Under the pieces are notes generated by a model. It was not told where the DNA came from. It did no database searches and worked only from the letters and a program-made list of their open reading frames with translations. A DNA stretch of 64,000 bases from IMG/VR virus record IMGVR_UViG_3300044960_000113, positions 1-64,000 of that record; one strand, 5' to 3'. Shown here in pieces: positions 50,130-60,574 of this stretch (positions within the stretch are counted from its first letter, which is position 1; every line of letters starts with the position of its first letter). The DNA is from a virus. The position numbers and the translations under genes were made by a program.

Positions 50130-50687
50130 TTATTCTTCACCATAAATTAATGGCCAACCAGTTAAATAATTATATGATAATGGATCTTGACTTGCATACA
50201 TGTTCGCTTTATGTTCTTCCGCTTTTGCAAAAATAAGCATATCTGCTTGAGCTACAGCACTAAATATTTGTTGTGCTAATGTTGGTGTCATTAGTACAAA
50301 TGATCCATCCATTGTTTTCCAATAAATATTAGAAGGCATATTTTGTCCAAGCAATACTAAACCTATATGTTGAATTCTAGAAGTATCATCTGTATGAAAC
50401 CATTTACCGTTAACTTTAACACCACCCATTTTTCTTCTATCTCTTTCTTGTTGTATTTTTCTCCACATATCTAATCTTATTTCAGCCAATTCTCTTGCTG
50501 CTATTTCTTCAGGCGACATTGGGCTAATAATATTATTTGTGTAAACCCAATTTGCTGGACCTACTTGTTTACATGCAGCTTCATCTGAAAATACGGGGTC
50601 AATGACCCAATCTTCTGCTGGTGTAAGCAATTCTGGGTTATCTGTTGTTTCCCAAATCCAAGTTTTTTTGTTAAAGCATAATGCCAT
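50130..50687 (-). CDS. DUF4376-like tail-fibre-associated protein
   Basis: RDRRKMGGVKVNGKWFHTD..SRIQ..G..WKTMDGSFV; start reassigned to MALCF at 50687. Confidence 0.7.
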   Translation of the reverse strand: MALCFNKKTWIWETTDNPELLTPAEDWVIDPVFSDEAACKQVGPANWVYTNNIISPMSPEEIAARELAEIRLDMWRKIQQERDRRKMGGVKVNGKWFHTDDTSRIQHIGLVLLGQNMPSNIYWKTMDGSFVLMTPTLAQQIFSAVAQADMLIFAKAEEHKANMYASQDPLSYNYLTGWPLIYGEE

Positions 50688-50688
50688 A

Positions 50689-52368
50689 TTATAATAACTC
50701 CAATGTATGATAATGTTTAGTCCAAGTAATACCAGCACCATTAAATGTTACAGAAACGTCTAATGTTTGATTTGTGGCACTGTTTATAGAACCATTATTT
50801 CCAACAATCATAGCATTTGATGTTATTTCATCTGTTGCAATATCACCAGTAACACCAGTTGTAACTGCACCTGTTGAACCTATCATTATAACACCTATTA
50901 ATTTTTGTGATGTGGTTGAATTATTAGCAATTAATTCAAATTCAATATTCCATCCAGTTGTACTACCAGTTGCTAAAGCAGCACTTATATCAGAATATAA
51001 TGTTGTTCCACCATATGATATAGCTATTGTAACTGTTCTATTAGCACCTGACGCATTACTCCATCTTCCTGCTGATTTAAATCTTAATATTCTATCTGTT
51101 CCCAGTGTACCACCAGGTACATTAAAACTAAACATAGAATTAGGACCAGCTGTAGTGATAACAGTATCTACAACAGATTTATCTATAATTCCAATATTTC
51201 TAACCCAATTACTTGCACTATATACTTCTTCACATTCTAATGTTGTGTTATACCTTGTCATTCCAGCAACTGGTGTTGCAGGTCTATTAGCTGTGGTACC
51301 TGAAGGTTGTTGGAAAAAGTTTGTATCAATTGATGCTATTTCAGTGCCATTTACTTTCCATGAAAATCCTGTTGTTGCACCAGCTGTAGGACCTCTACCA
51401 CCAAATGTATTGCTATATAATGGTGCTGCATATGTACCTGATCCAATCACATTAAATTGGATATATGGTGGATCATCATCTTCATCAGTTAATCTAATAT
51501 TTGGTGTTGAACCATCATAATGATATGTAATCCAACCATTAATGCCTGGTGAATTTCTTTTAAAATATACCCTTTGGCCTTCTGATATTGCATTTCCATT
51601 AACTTGAATATAAACTGCGGCAGTTGAAGGATCATCACTTCCACCAATTCTTAATCTTTGTGTTTGATCTGCTCCAAGAATATCTAATCTATTGTTTGTA
51701 TTATCCCATAATAAATTGCTTGTTCCACCAAATGCTCCAGCATTATTAAATTGAACAGAATTAACAGGTGAAGCTGGGCTACCACTACCTCCACCTGATG
51801 CACTTATTGTTAAACTACCGGCAGAAGGTGTTATTGTAATATTTGTTCCAGCAACTAATGTTTTATATTCTAATCCTGTTCCGCTAGTGTTAACACCTAA
51901 TATTTGATTAGCTGTTCCAATAGTTGTTAATCCTGTACCACCTTTTGAAGTACTAATTGTTGTGGCGTTCCATGTACCTGTAGTAATTGTGCCAAGAGTA
52001 GTTATAGATGTTTGCCCTGGATAATTATTATCAATAGAGAGTGTTATATTATTGTTTGGACCACCATCTGTTATAGATATTTGATTTGCTGTACCTGTTA
52101 AAATTCTTTCATTTGGCAAGTTACCATCTGATGATACTGTGATATATGAAGAATTTAATGGAGCAGCAGAAGAAATTAATTTTTCCCAATTTGTATCTAA
52201 AACGTTTGTTTTTATATATAAAGAACCAGTATTTTGATTTAAATATAAAGAACCTACTGGAGATTCAAATCCACTTAATGATGGATCTAAACCTCCAGTA
52301 AAAATACCAACAGAATCATCTATGCTTATGCCATCATCAACTCTAAATAATGTATCTAAATTTGCCAT
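50689..52368 (-). CDS. tail fibre-like structural protein
   Basis: G/T/S-rich; PGQTSITTLGTITTGTW, QFNNAGAFGG, GTTANRP..AGMTRYNT fibre motifs. Confidence 0.75.
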   Translation of the reverse strand: MANLDTLFRVDDGISIDDSVGIFTGGLDPSLSGFESPVGSLYLNQNTGSLYIKTNVLDTNWEKLISSAAPLNSSYITVSSDGNLPNERILTGTANQISITDGGPNNNITLSIDNNYPGQTSITTLGTITTGTWNATTISTSKGGTGLTTIGTANQILGVNTSGTGLEYKTLVAGTNITITPSAGSLTISASGGGSGSPASPVNSVQFNNAGAFGGTSNLLWDNTNNRLDILGADQTQRLRIGGSDDPSTAAVYIQVNGNAISEGQRVYFKRNSPGINGWITYHYDGSTPNIRLTDEDDDPPYIQFNVIGSGTYAAPLYSNTFGGRGPTAGATTGFSWKVNGTEIASIDTNFFQQPSGTTANRPATPVAGMTRYNTTLECEEVYSASNWVRNIGIIDKSVVDTVITTAGPNSMFSFNVPGGTLGTDRILRFKSAGRWSNASGANRTVTIAISYGGTTLYSDISAALATGSTTGWNIEFELIANNSTTSQKLIGVIMIGSTGAVTTGVTGDIATDEITSNAMIVGNNGSINSATNQTLDVSVTFNGAGITWTKHYHTLELL

Positions 52369-52372
52369 ATTT

Positions 52373-53704
52373 TTATGATAATGTTGTTACTCTTCTAGCA
52401 ACGACATCGACAGATGTTGTAGATTGAACTCTTAGTCGTAAATCTGTACCACCTAATAAATCAACAGTAACATTTAGTCCAGAAATATTAGGACCTAATT
52501 TAAGAATTGCAAATTTAGTGAAATCAACATTTACACCATTATGTGTAGCAAATACTTTTGCTGCATATACTTTTGTTGGATCAGCGGTTTCAACAACTCT
52601 TATATCCCATTCTGCTAATTGAGATGGTACAGTATCTATTGTTGTTATAGAAGTTATACCACCAACAGTTATTTTTTTAGATATATTTGTTAATGAAGCA
52701 TCTAAATCGCTTATTGCTACATTAACTGCAGTTTCATCAGTAACATATGTTGTTGATGTATAATTAGGTGTACTATCTCCTACAACTTTTCCTAAATATG
52801 ATATTATTGAACCAACTTCAGAATCAAGTGCAGTGATATTAGCATTTACTTTATTAGATGCTAAAATAACTGTTCCATTTGAAACGTTTGATCCAAATTC
52901 AGTATCTAATTTATCAATTGCTGTTAATAAACTATCATTATTATTAATGAAATTATTTGCTGAATATGATGGTAAATTATTTCCTATTAATGTTTTACCA
53001 ATGAAAGCATTTTGATAACCATCTTCAGCATCTAATTTTCCAATAGCTGTTTCTAAACTATCACTATTTGCAACAATATTTGTTGAGCTATATGAAGGTG
53101 TTTCAGATCCTGGGCCTGATTTACCTATAAATGTACGAATATATCCATCTTCTGTAGCATCAGCAGAATTTATCCAAACCCAATCTGTTCCATTATATTG
53201 ATATGTTTTTCCAGCATTTGTTCCACCATTAACATAAACTGTGTCACCAGCTGTTTCTGTATTACTATCTTCTGTTAATGTCCAATTACCAGAAACACCA
53301 CCAACAATAAACACATTTTTATTACCGGTAACATTAGTTGCTAGAATGCGCATTCCAACCGTAACAGTGACACCTTGAATTAAATCATCTGTATCTAAAT
53401 CAGTTTTAATATCTGCTGTTGTTGATGATGTAGTATCTACAACATCAACAGGTTCTCTCCAAGATGTTCCAGTTGTTATATAATTTTGAACATACGTATG
53501 TGTTGCAAGTTGTGACCATTTATCTGTTCCTGATCCTGATGCAATTTTTACATAAAAATTACCAGTATCAATATCAGTATAATATGAACCACGTTGTGCT
53601 ATATCTGTATCTCCACCAGTTCCTGGCACACCAGAGCCAGTCAAGAATAAAGATGCACCATCTAATTCTAGACCTTTACTTATACGAAAAAATGATTCAC
53701 TCAT
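52373..53704 (-). CDS. virion structural / fibre-like protein with internal repeats
   Basis: WREPV.V, repeated Y.STN...D.L..AI.KLD units. Confidence 0.7.
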   Translation of the reverse strand: MSESFFRISKGLELDGASLFLTGSGVPGTGGDTDIAQRGSYYTDIDTGNFYVKIASGSGTDKWSQLATHTYVQNYITTGTSWREPVDVVDTTSSTTADIKTDLDTDDLIQGVTVTVGMRILATNVTGNKNVFIVGGVSGNWTLTEDSNTETAGDTVYVNGGTNAGKTYQYNGTDWVWINSADATEDGYIRTFIGKSGPGSETPSYSSTNIVANSDSLETAIGKLDAEDGYQNAFIGKTLIGNNLPSYSANNFINNNDSLLTAIDKLDTEFGSNVSNGTVILASNKVNANITALDSEVGSIISYLGKVVGDSTPNYTSTTYVTDETAVNVAISDLDASLTNISKKITVGGITSITTIDTVPSQLAEWDIRVVETADPTKVYAAKVFATHNGVNVDFTKFAILKLGPNISGLNVTVDLLGGTDLRLRVQSTTSVDVVARRVTTLS

Positions 53705-53745
53705 AATTATCTCCTCTTTAAAAATTTTTTAATCAAAATATATTT

Positions 53746-54387
53746 TTATAAATATTCTATTCTAAGTATATTTATAGATAATGTATTTACATCATTATTT
53801 GTTATTTTTATATTAATATTATTTCCACTTTGAAATACTTCAATTGTGTAAGATATATTATCACCAATTTTTCCATAAACATTATAATATGGTGATAATA
53901 ATGGTGATCTATATGCTATTAACATTTCAAACATAGAAATGTTATTATTAACTATATCTTTAATTGTTATTAACCATTTTCCTGATCTTTTTTCTAATGT
54001 TGTTTGATACGTGTCAGCGATAACAAAATTTCCTGGTGTACATAGTAAATTTCTAGTTGTTTTTCCAGGAATTCTAAACCGTTCAAATTTATTATAACCT
54101 TCAGCAGTTTGTCTATGATCTACGAAATCGTCAGTTGTCCAGCTTTGTGGAGTTGTTCCTTCATATCCACGTTGTCCAATTGTAAATACATCTCCAACTC
54201 TATTAACTATTTTAACTATTTCTAATTTTGTAGCATTTGTATCTTCCAATGTTACTAAAAAATAATCATCAGAATTTACAATATTAGGAAAATAATTACC
54301 TGTTCCAGGTAATACGGTTAATGTCATATCTGTATCAGATATATTTTGATTTAATTTTGATATTGCATTATTTGTCCAAAGTTGCAT
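53746..54387 (-). CDS. probable virion structural protein
   Basis: NNAISKL...EIVK...GDVFTIGQRGYEGT motif typical of phage baseplate/tail proteins. Confidence 0.6.
   Translation of the reverse strand: MQLWTNNAISKLNQNISDTDMTLTVLPGTGNYFPNIVNSDDYFLVTLEDTNATKLEIVKIVNRVGDVFTIGQRGYEGTTPQSWTTDDFVDHRQTAEGYNKFERFRIPGKTTRNLLCTPGNFVIADTYQTTLEKRSGKWLITIKDIVNNNISMFEMLIAYRSPLLSPYYNVYGKIGDNISYTIEVFQSGNNINIKITNNDVNTLSINILRIEYL
53769..53776 (-). promoter_or_regulatory. T4-type late promoter motif TATAAATA upstream of 52373-53704
   Basis: exact motif 65 nt upstream of start. Confidence 0.35.
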
Positions 54388-54628
54388 TATTTTTCTCTTT
54401 TATAAAAGGTCTGATATGTTCAATATGCCCATTAAATTCTTTTAATAATGATTTTATTTTTTCAACTGTTGTTGGTTTAATTTTGTTAATTTTTTCTTCA
54501 AATAGATTAACATAATCAAATGGAATAAGTATATCAACCTGTTCCAATCCAATATCAATACTATATGATTGATATTTTATTTTTGGTTTATCATTTTCTA
54601 ACGAATTTAAAAAATTTAATGAATTCAT
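54368..54628 (-). CDS. hypothetical protein
   Basis: 86-aa ORF with ATGA overlap. Confidence 0.65.
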   Translation of the reverse strand: MNSLNFLNSLENDKPKIKYQSYSIDIGLEQVDILIPFDYVNLFEEKINKIKPTTVEKIKSLLKEFNGHIEHIRPFIKEKNNATLDK

Positions 54629-55119
54629 CCTTTATATCCTCTATAATCATCATATATTTTCAAAAATTTTTTTCTATCGAAAAAATCATCACCAATAGCA
54701 CGTTTAATATCTAAAATATCAGATAATCTATAGTATTTGTCATCATCTCCTTTTATTAAAAGACCTTTTCCAAGACCTTCAGCTTTATTATGAAGACTTA
54801 ATTTCTCAACTTTAACTAAATTATTTTCATCGATATCTGAATTGTCAACAACAATCAAATCGTTTGGCTGTGGCAAATGAATTTTACGTTTAATGTTTCC
54901 ATATGCAAAAAATACTTTTTGGGACGGTATATAATCAACTCTTACATCATTAATAGTTTCAATATCAAAAAAATAAATAGCAACACTTGGTTTTCTAATT
55001 CCTGTATGTACATATACTGCTGGTTTTAATTTATAATTAGTATATGAAATGACAGATAATGGTTTTCTATCACTATCTTTTATTGTAATTTTGTCCCCAG
55101 CAATAGGAACTATTAACAT
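54625..55119 (-). CDS. hypothetical protein
   Basis: 164-aa ORF with GGAG SD. Confidence 0.7.
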   Translation of the reverse strand: MLIVPIAGDKITIKDSDRKPLSVISYTNYKLKPAVYVHTGIRKPSVAIYFFDIETINDVRVDYIPSQKVFFAYGNIKRKIHLPQPNDLIVVDNSDIDENNLVKVEKLSLHNKAEGLGKGLLIKGDDDKYYRLSDILDIKRAIGDDFFDRKKFLKIYDDYRGYKG

Positions 55120-55131
55120 TTTTAATCTCCA

Positions 55132-55326
55132 TTATTTTATGTTTAAGTCATCAATTTCGTCTTCAAGTTCTTCTTCAAAAACATTATTAAGATATTTTTT
55201 AAAATTAATCTTTTGATGTCTTTTTGCTTGATAATCTATTGTTTCATTATATGTTTTCTTTTTATTTTTTTTAAAAGATTTACACCTAGATGTTTTCATA
55301 AATATATCTTCAATTTTTTTTGACAC
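55132..55326 (-). CDS. small hypothetical protein (basic N-, acidic C-terminus)
   Basis: GTG start with GGAGG SD; TATAAATA at 55363-55370. Confidence 0.65.
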   Translation of the reverse strand: MSKKIEDIFMKTSRCKSFKKNKKKTYNETIDYQAKRHQKINFKKYLNNVFEEELEDEIDDLNIK

Positions 55327-55365
55327 TTGTAATTTACCTCCTTTATAAAAATTTAATTAAATTAT

Positions 55366-56304
55366 TTATATTTTTAATGCAACTCTAACATGTTCTCTTG
55401 ATATTCTATAAATATCAATATTTTTTTCATTTAATGTTAATAATTTTATTGCTTTTTTATTATTTGTATTTAGAAATAAAAATGGATGATCTACTATTTT
55501 GCTATTTAAAATATCATTTTTCCAAATATCTATAATTGTTTGAATATTTGTTATTTTATTTTTATTAAATTTTGGTTCATATGTCATACTTAATTTCTTA
55601 AGTTTTGGTAATGCATCTTTATTATTAATATTTGTTATTTTTTTATCATCTATCGATGTAAAAATATCACCTTTTCTTGTCATTTCTAATTCAATTTTTA
55701 TATCATTATTTTTATAGAGTGACTTATCATTTAAATCTATTTTTTTCCATTTTTCTAACGTCGATGATGAAATTTCACCAGGTTGATCTTCTTTATATCC
55801 AGGTGGAAAATTTCCTGTAATTTTTTTATAATTTTTAACAAAATTCATTAAATTTGTAAAAAAATGAATATTTGCTTTATTTGCTTCTGTTCCAAATTTA
55901 AAATCATTTATATAACCGTTTTTTGATATATTTTGAACACCTTTAACTTCAGCAATAGGTTTACCATTTTTTGTAATAAGATCAACTGAAGATTGTGTTC
56001 CACCTAAATATATATCATCAAATATAAAATAAAGCAATATTTCTCCGGGACCAGTTGTCCTAGAAACAGTTAAATTGAAAAGAGCATTTGTTAAATTAGG
56101 ATAATCATTTATCCAGTCATTATAATCATCTACTATATTTTTTATTGATTTTTTAAATTTTATATTAGTATCAGTATTTCCTATTTCTGTCAATATTTTT
56201 TCTCTACCTATATCTTTATTCGATTTTGGTAATAAATCAGATTCTGTTAACTTGGGCATTAAAAATTTGTTTTCTTTTTCTAATAAAAAATCACTAAATT
56301 TCAT
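55366..56304 (-). CDS. putative PD-(D/E)XK restriction-endonuclease-fold protein with CTS-like leader
   Basis: GPGEILL...SVDL...AEVKG; start reassigned to MKFSDFLLE at 56304; TATAAATA at 56366-56373. Confidence 0.55.
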   Translation of the reverse strand: MKFSDFLLEKENKFLMPKLTESDLLPKSNKDIGREKILTEIGNTDTNIKFKKSIKNIVDDYNDWINDYPNLTNALFNLTVSRTTGPGEILLYFIFDDIYLGGTQSSVDLITKNGKPIAEVKGVQNISKNGYINDFKFGTEANKANIHFFTNLMNFVKNYKKITGNFPPGYKEDQPGEISSSTLEKWKKIDLNDKSLYKNNDIKIELEMTRKGDIFTSIDDKKITNINNKDALPKLKKLSMTYEPKFNKNKITNIQTIIDIWKNDILNSKIVDHPFLFLNTNNKKAIKLLTLNEKNIDIYRISREHVRVALKI

Positions 56305-56391
56305 TTTTATGAAATGATTTATAAAATATTCTCTATATTTAATAATTGTTGTTAACAATATATTTTATTTATAAAAAAGAGAATATTTTAT

Positions 56392-56847
56392 TTATATTTG
56401 TTCATCTTCTTTAAGAACCCAAACATAACTTTCATGCCCGTTTATTTCTTCTTCTATAATATTTTTGACTATATTCCAATCACCACCGCCTAATCCACAC
56501 CCAATTTTTGGAAAATGAATAGGAATATTATCAATTGCAGCTAAAGGATATATTTTTTCAAATGCTTTTCTAACCGCGTCATAATTAACATATCTTTTAT
56601 CTCTACCATAATTTTCTTGGGTTATTGCATTACAAATAATTTTGTTATATGAAATAAAATAGAATTGAACTTCTCCTAAATTAAATCCTGATCGTCTTTC
56701 CCATTCATCTCTATAAAGTTTATATGCTTCAGGATACTTTCGTTTTATTGATAATGCTAAACCTGCACCCCATACACCTTGATTGTTACAACCATGCACT
56801 ATAATACCATTCTCTACATTTAAAATATTACCAACTCTTTTTTCCAT
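56392..56847 (-). CDS. macrodomain (Poa1p/DarG-like) ADP-ribose hydrolase
   Basis: IVHGCNNQGVWGAGLA..IK.KYP, NAITQ..YG, FPKIGCGLGGGDW. Confidence 0.88.
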   Translation of the reverse strand: MEKRVGNILNVENGIIVHGCNNQGVWGAGLALSIKRKYPEAYKLYRDEWERRSGFNLGEVQFYFISYNKIICNAITQENYGRDKRYVNYDAVRKAFEKIYPLAAIDNIPIHFPKIGCGLGGGDWNIVKNIIEEEINGHESYVWVLKEDEQI

Positions 56848-56852
56848 AATTT

Positions 56853-57215
56853 TTACCTATTATTTTTTAATATTATTTCTTTCTCTAAAATATCAAAAAT
56901 TAATTTTTCCATTTGCACAAACTTGTCCAAATTATTATCTTTTGTTAAATCATAATTTTCATAATTGACATTTATTTCAATTTCGTTTGGATCAGTTTTT
57001 CCATTCCATGTTCCAATGAAATTAAAATTTTTAAATACGCCTAATGAAACTGTTAGATTACCAGAATCGTCTTCATCTACTTCCCAACTAAATTCTGGGC
57101 AATTATATTCCATGACCATATCGTTTGTATCAAATAATGTTTTCAACATTATAGAAGTTTTTATAAATAATGCTGATACTAATTTAAATGTGAAATTATT
57201 TTGAATAGTGTACAT
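56853..57215 (-). CDS. hypothetical protein
   Basis: 120-aa ORF with SD. Confidence 0.65.
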   Translation of the reverse strand: MYTIQNNFTFKLVSALFIKTSIMLKTLFDTNDMVMEYNCPEFSWEVDEDDSGNLTVSLGVFKNFNFIGTWNGKTDPNEIEINVNYENYDLTKDNNLDKFVQMEKLIFDILEKEIILKNNR

Positions 57216-57249
57216 ATTTTATATTTCCCCTTATATAAAAAATATATTT

Positions 57250-58158
57250 TTATATAGCCATAGGTGCTTTAATTTGTTCATCACAAACATAATCTATCAA
57301 TTTAATATCATCAATTGAAAATGAATCTATATCTGTAATATTTTCATTCAGATATAATTTTGGTAATTTGTGTGGTTTTCTGGTCAATTGTTCATTGATT
57401 GCATCTAAATGATTATGATAAATGTGAATATCTCCACCTATCCAAATAAATTCACCAACGTTTAAATTTGTAACATGCGCAATCATATGTGTTAACAATG
57501 CATATGAAGCTATATTAAATGGTAAACCTATAAATACATCAACTGATCGTTGATACATTTGGCAAGATAGTTTATTGTTTGAAACATAAAATTGTGACAT
57601 TACATGACATGGTGGCAATGCCATTTCTTCAATTTCAGCAGGATTCCAAGCTGTTAAAATCATTCTTCTATCATATGGATCGGTTTTAATTTTATTAATT
57701 ATATTTTTAATTTGATCAATATATTCTATAGCATATGATTTATAATAATTAAAAGAATCTATCCCTAGCATTGACCACATATCATCTGGTTTAATATATT
57801 TTTTCCATTTTCTCCATTGAACTCCATAAATTCTACCAACATCTCCATCGAATTTTGCTTTTGGTTTCCAGTAATCGGCTTGTGCATTTGCAGTCCATAT
57901 TGTCGTTTTTTCTTTATCACGAGTATTATGAAGTATTTCAGCTAATCGTCTTTCATCATCTGATCCTTCTAAGAACCAAAGAAGTTCAGATACTACAGCT
58001 TTCCATGCTAATTTTTTAGTCGTAATTGCTGGAAATCCATCTTCTAAATTAAATCGCATTTGGTAACCAAATATACCACGAGTATCTATACCAGTTCTAT
58101 TTGGTCTATCCTCACCATTTTTTAAAATATACTCACAAAGATCTAAATATTGTTTCAT
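57250..58158 (-). CDS. thyA: thymidylate synthase
   Basis: RPNRTG, ELLWFL, ALPPCH, YQRSVD..GLPFNIASY, DIHIY. Confidence 0.97.
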   Translation of the reverse strand: MKQYLDLCEYILKNGEDRPNRTGIDTRGIFGYQMRFNLEDGFPAITTKKLAWKAVVSELLWFLEGSDDERRLAEILHNTRDKEKTTIWTANAQADYWKPKAKFDGDVGRIYGVQWRKWKKYIKPDDMWSMLGIDSFNYYKSYAIEYIDQIKNIINKIKTDPYDRRMILTAWNPAEIEEMALPPCHVMSQFYVSNNKLSCQMYQRSVDVFIGLPFNIASYALLTHMIAHVTNLNVGEFIWIGGDIHIYHNHLDAINEQLTRKPHKLPKLYLNENITDIDSFSIDDIKLIDYVCDEQIKAPMAI

Positions 58159-58164
58159 AATTAT

Positions 58165-58623
58165 TTATGCTCCGGTTGAACCAAAACCACCACTTCCTCT
58201 GTTAGAAGCTATAGCTATTTGTGTGTATAAATCTTCTTCTGATACTTCAATTATTTGAGGTTTAACTATAGGAAATAAAATAGCTTGGGCTATTTTATCA
58301 CCGGGAACAATCCAACGACTTTCAAGTCCAACATTATGAAGATCAATATGCACTTCTCCTGAATATCCACAGTCTATTACCTGTGCACCTATTAATAATT
58401 CTTTTTTAGCTGCTATACCAGATTTATTCATAAAAATTAAAGCATATCCAAATGGAACTTCTACTTTAATTCCAGATGGTATAAGAACATTTTTACCAGA
58501 TAATAATTCAAAAGGCTTGCCTTTGTTAAAATCATCTGGTATAAAAAAATCTAATCCTGCATCAGATGGATTTGCTCTCACTGGTGTTTTTACATTTCTC
58601 ATTTTAGATATTTTTATGTACAT
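58165..58623 (-). CDS. dut: trimeric dUTPase
   Basis: AGLDF, KSG, IDCGYSGE, IAQ, RGSGGFGSTG. Confidence 0.95.
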   Translation of the reverse strand: MYIKISKMRNVKTPVRANPSDAGLDFFIPDDFNKGKPFELLSGKNVLIPSGIKVEVPFGYALIFMNKSGIAAKKELLIGAQVIDCGYSGEVHIDLHNVGLESRWIVPGDKIAQAILFPIVKPQIIEVSEEDLYTQIAIASNRGSGGFGSTGA

Positions 58624-59177
58624 TTTTTTATTTTCTCCTTTATTATGTAAAAAGCTTTTAATAAAATAAAAAATGATTCATGATAATGAAAACCGAATCC
58701 ATTTCTTGGTGTTTTATCTGAATTGCCAGCAACATTTAAGATAGAAATTTTATTATCTAAAACAAACTTAATTATTTTCGATATTTCGTCTTCTCTATTG
58801 TTATTTGGATCAATATTTAATGATATATCAAGATATGGTTTCTTAAACTTATTTATCGCGTCAAGAGTGCAAATTTCACCAGGAGAACTAAAATTAGATG
58901 CTAAACGAATGGTACCATCACTATCTCTAACGTTAGCATATGTTCGTTCTTTATATCCACCAGAGTGTTCAACAAGATTAAATGATTTTAAAAATTCTTC
59001 TTGTGGGCCAACACATGTTTTCCAATTTTTAGGAGCCCATCCACCAGTTAATAATCCAACATCTTTTGCTGCCTGAAGAGCTGCTTGATCTACACCACAT
59101 TGCCCACCAGAAATTATTTTTTCCAATCCTTTATAATCAAATTTTATTGTGTTCATTGTAGACTTTATCCATATCAT
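58614..59177 (-). CDS. SLOG-superfamily protein (cpYpsA / 'putative molybdenum carrier')
   Basis: IISGGQCGVDQAAL..A..TGGWAP, RT..NVRDSDGT, LNVAGN. Confidence 0.8.
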   Translation of the reverse strand: MIWIKSTMNTIKFDYKGLEKIISGGQCGVDQAALQAAKDVGLLTGGWAPKNWKTCVGPQEEFLKSFNLVEHSGGYKERTYANVRDSDGTIRLASNFSSPGEICTLDAINKFKKPYLDISLNIDPNNNREDEISKIIKFVLDNKISILNVAGNSDKTPRNGFGFHYHESFFILLKAFYIIKEKIKKCT

Positions 59178-59425
59178 AACTTATCCAAATAGTAATTTCC
59201 TAAACCGTCTATATATCCTCTATCACCTTGAAAATCTATATCAAAACGTTTTCATTATTTTCCGGACTTTTTACAAACTCCATTGTTCTTCTATTCTTTT
59301 CGTTCACTATTAATGCCCATAACATCATTATCAAAAATTATAACATAAAAATAGAGATGATATCATCTGTAAATATAGTTATTCCTATTAATAAAAAACA
59401 CATAATTAAAAATATAAATTGCATA

Positions 59426-60235
59426 TTATTCCTCCAAAATTTGTTTAATTTTTCTAATTTTATCATCTGTTATTTTTGGCATTATTGGATTTATACGTAC
59501 AAGCATATCACCTCTTCCAATATCTTTTTTAGGATATCCAAGCCCTGGCATCTTTAATATTTTACCAATTTGTGTATTTTGTGGTATTTTAAGTTCAAAA
59601 TTTTTGTTGAAAATATCAGTAACTATTACTGTTCCACCACATAACATCGTCAAAAAATCTACATTTTTTATTACTAATATATCACCATTTTCTGTTAAAT
59701 TAAAATTTTCATTAGATTCAGATATTATTTGTATTTTTAAAATATAAACTACATTTTTTATATTTTTTGACGGAATTTGTATGGTTTCATTTGGGAATAT
59801 TCCACGTGGAATATAAACGTCTTCTAAAATTTCACCTATAGGAGTATCAATAGTTTTTGTAACTCCATTTGCTATTTCTTCAATTGTTAATGGTATTGTA
59901 ATAATTACAGGTTTTTTAAAATTATCGTAAAAATGGTTTCTAAAATGGAAATTCATCATTTTATATAAATCATCTATATTATTAATATCAATAGTATCAT
60001 CAAATGTAAAATGTTGACGATTGAATCCTCTATTTTGATAATGTTGATGTCTAAATTTTTCTGGTTCAGTTATTCTCTCATATGCCTCTTTTACTTCTTT
60101 AAATTTTTCTTCAGCATTTTTATCTCCAGCATTTTTATCTGGATGATATTTATTTGCAAGTTTCCTATATGCTTTTTTGACATCCTCTGGAGATGCTCCA
60201 GGAGAAAGTCCTAAAACTTCATATGGATTTTTCAT
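59426..60235 (-). CDS. dnaJ: DnaJ-class co-chaperone lacking zinc finger
   Basis: J domain with HPD; C-terminal substrate-binding domain ([16 protein letters not shown]). Confidence 0.92.
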   Translation of the reverse strand: MKNPYEVLGLSPGASPEDVKKAYRKLANKYHPDKNAGDKNAEEKFKEVKEAYERITEPEKFRHQHYQNRGFNRQHFTFDDTIDINNIDDLYKMMNFHFRNHFYDNFKKPVIITIPLTIEEIANGVTKTIDTPIGEILEDVYIPRGIFPNETIQIPSKNIKNVVYILKIQIISESNENFNLTENGDILVIKNVDFLTMLCGGTVIVTDIFNKNFELKIPQNTQIGKILKMPGLGYPKKDIGRGDMLVRINPIMPKITDDKIRKIKQILEE

Positions 60236-60288
60236 TTTTTCCTCATGTTATAATATCTTTTTAAAATCATATCACACAACATATTTTG

Positions 60289-60525
60289 TTATTTTTTCCT
60301 TTTACGTGATGATGTCTTTTTAGTGTATTTAACACCAAAATTTATATGATCTTTACCTTTAGTGACAACAAATTTAAATAATCTACTTCTTTTACCACTA
60401 TCGTGTTCAATCAATGCATCTGGATCTAATTCATTTCGTTTTAACTTTGCTGTTTGTTTGTCACTAAATGGACCAGCAACAATTTTTTTAGAATTTGCTT
60501 CTCTCACATTAAAAAGTTCTTTCAT
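60289..60525 (-). CDS. small basic hypothetical protein
   Basis: 78 aa, AAGGA SD. Confidence 0.7.
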   Translation of the reverse strand: MKELFNVREANSKKIVAGPFSDKQTAKLKRNELDPDALIEHDSGKRSRLFKFVVTKGKDHINFGVKYTKKTSSRKRKK

Positions 60526-60574
60526 AAAATTATATTCCTTTCATTTAGTATGGTTGTATTATTTCATTTATATA

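Noticed and set aside
50774-51520. 248-aa plus-strand ORF
   Set aside because: It lies wholly antisense to the G/T/A-rich fibre gene, whose codon use suppresses stops on the other strand
57250-58158. ThyA-like gene as a dCMP hydroxymethylase for DNA hypermodification
   Set aside because: Canonical ThyA motifs are present, including the dUMP-selecting Asn
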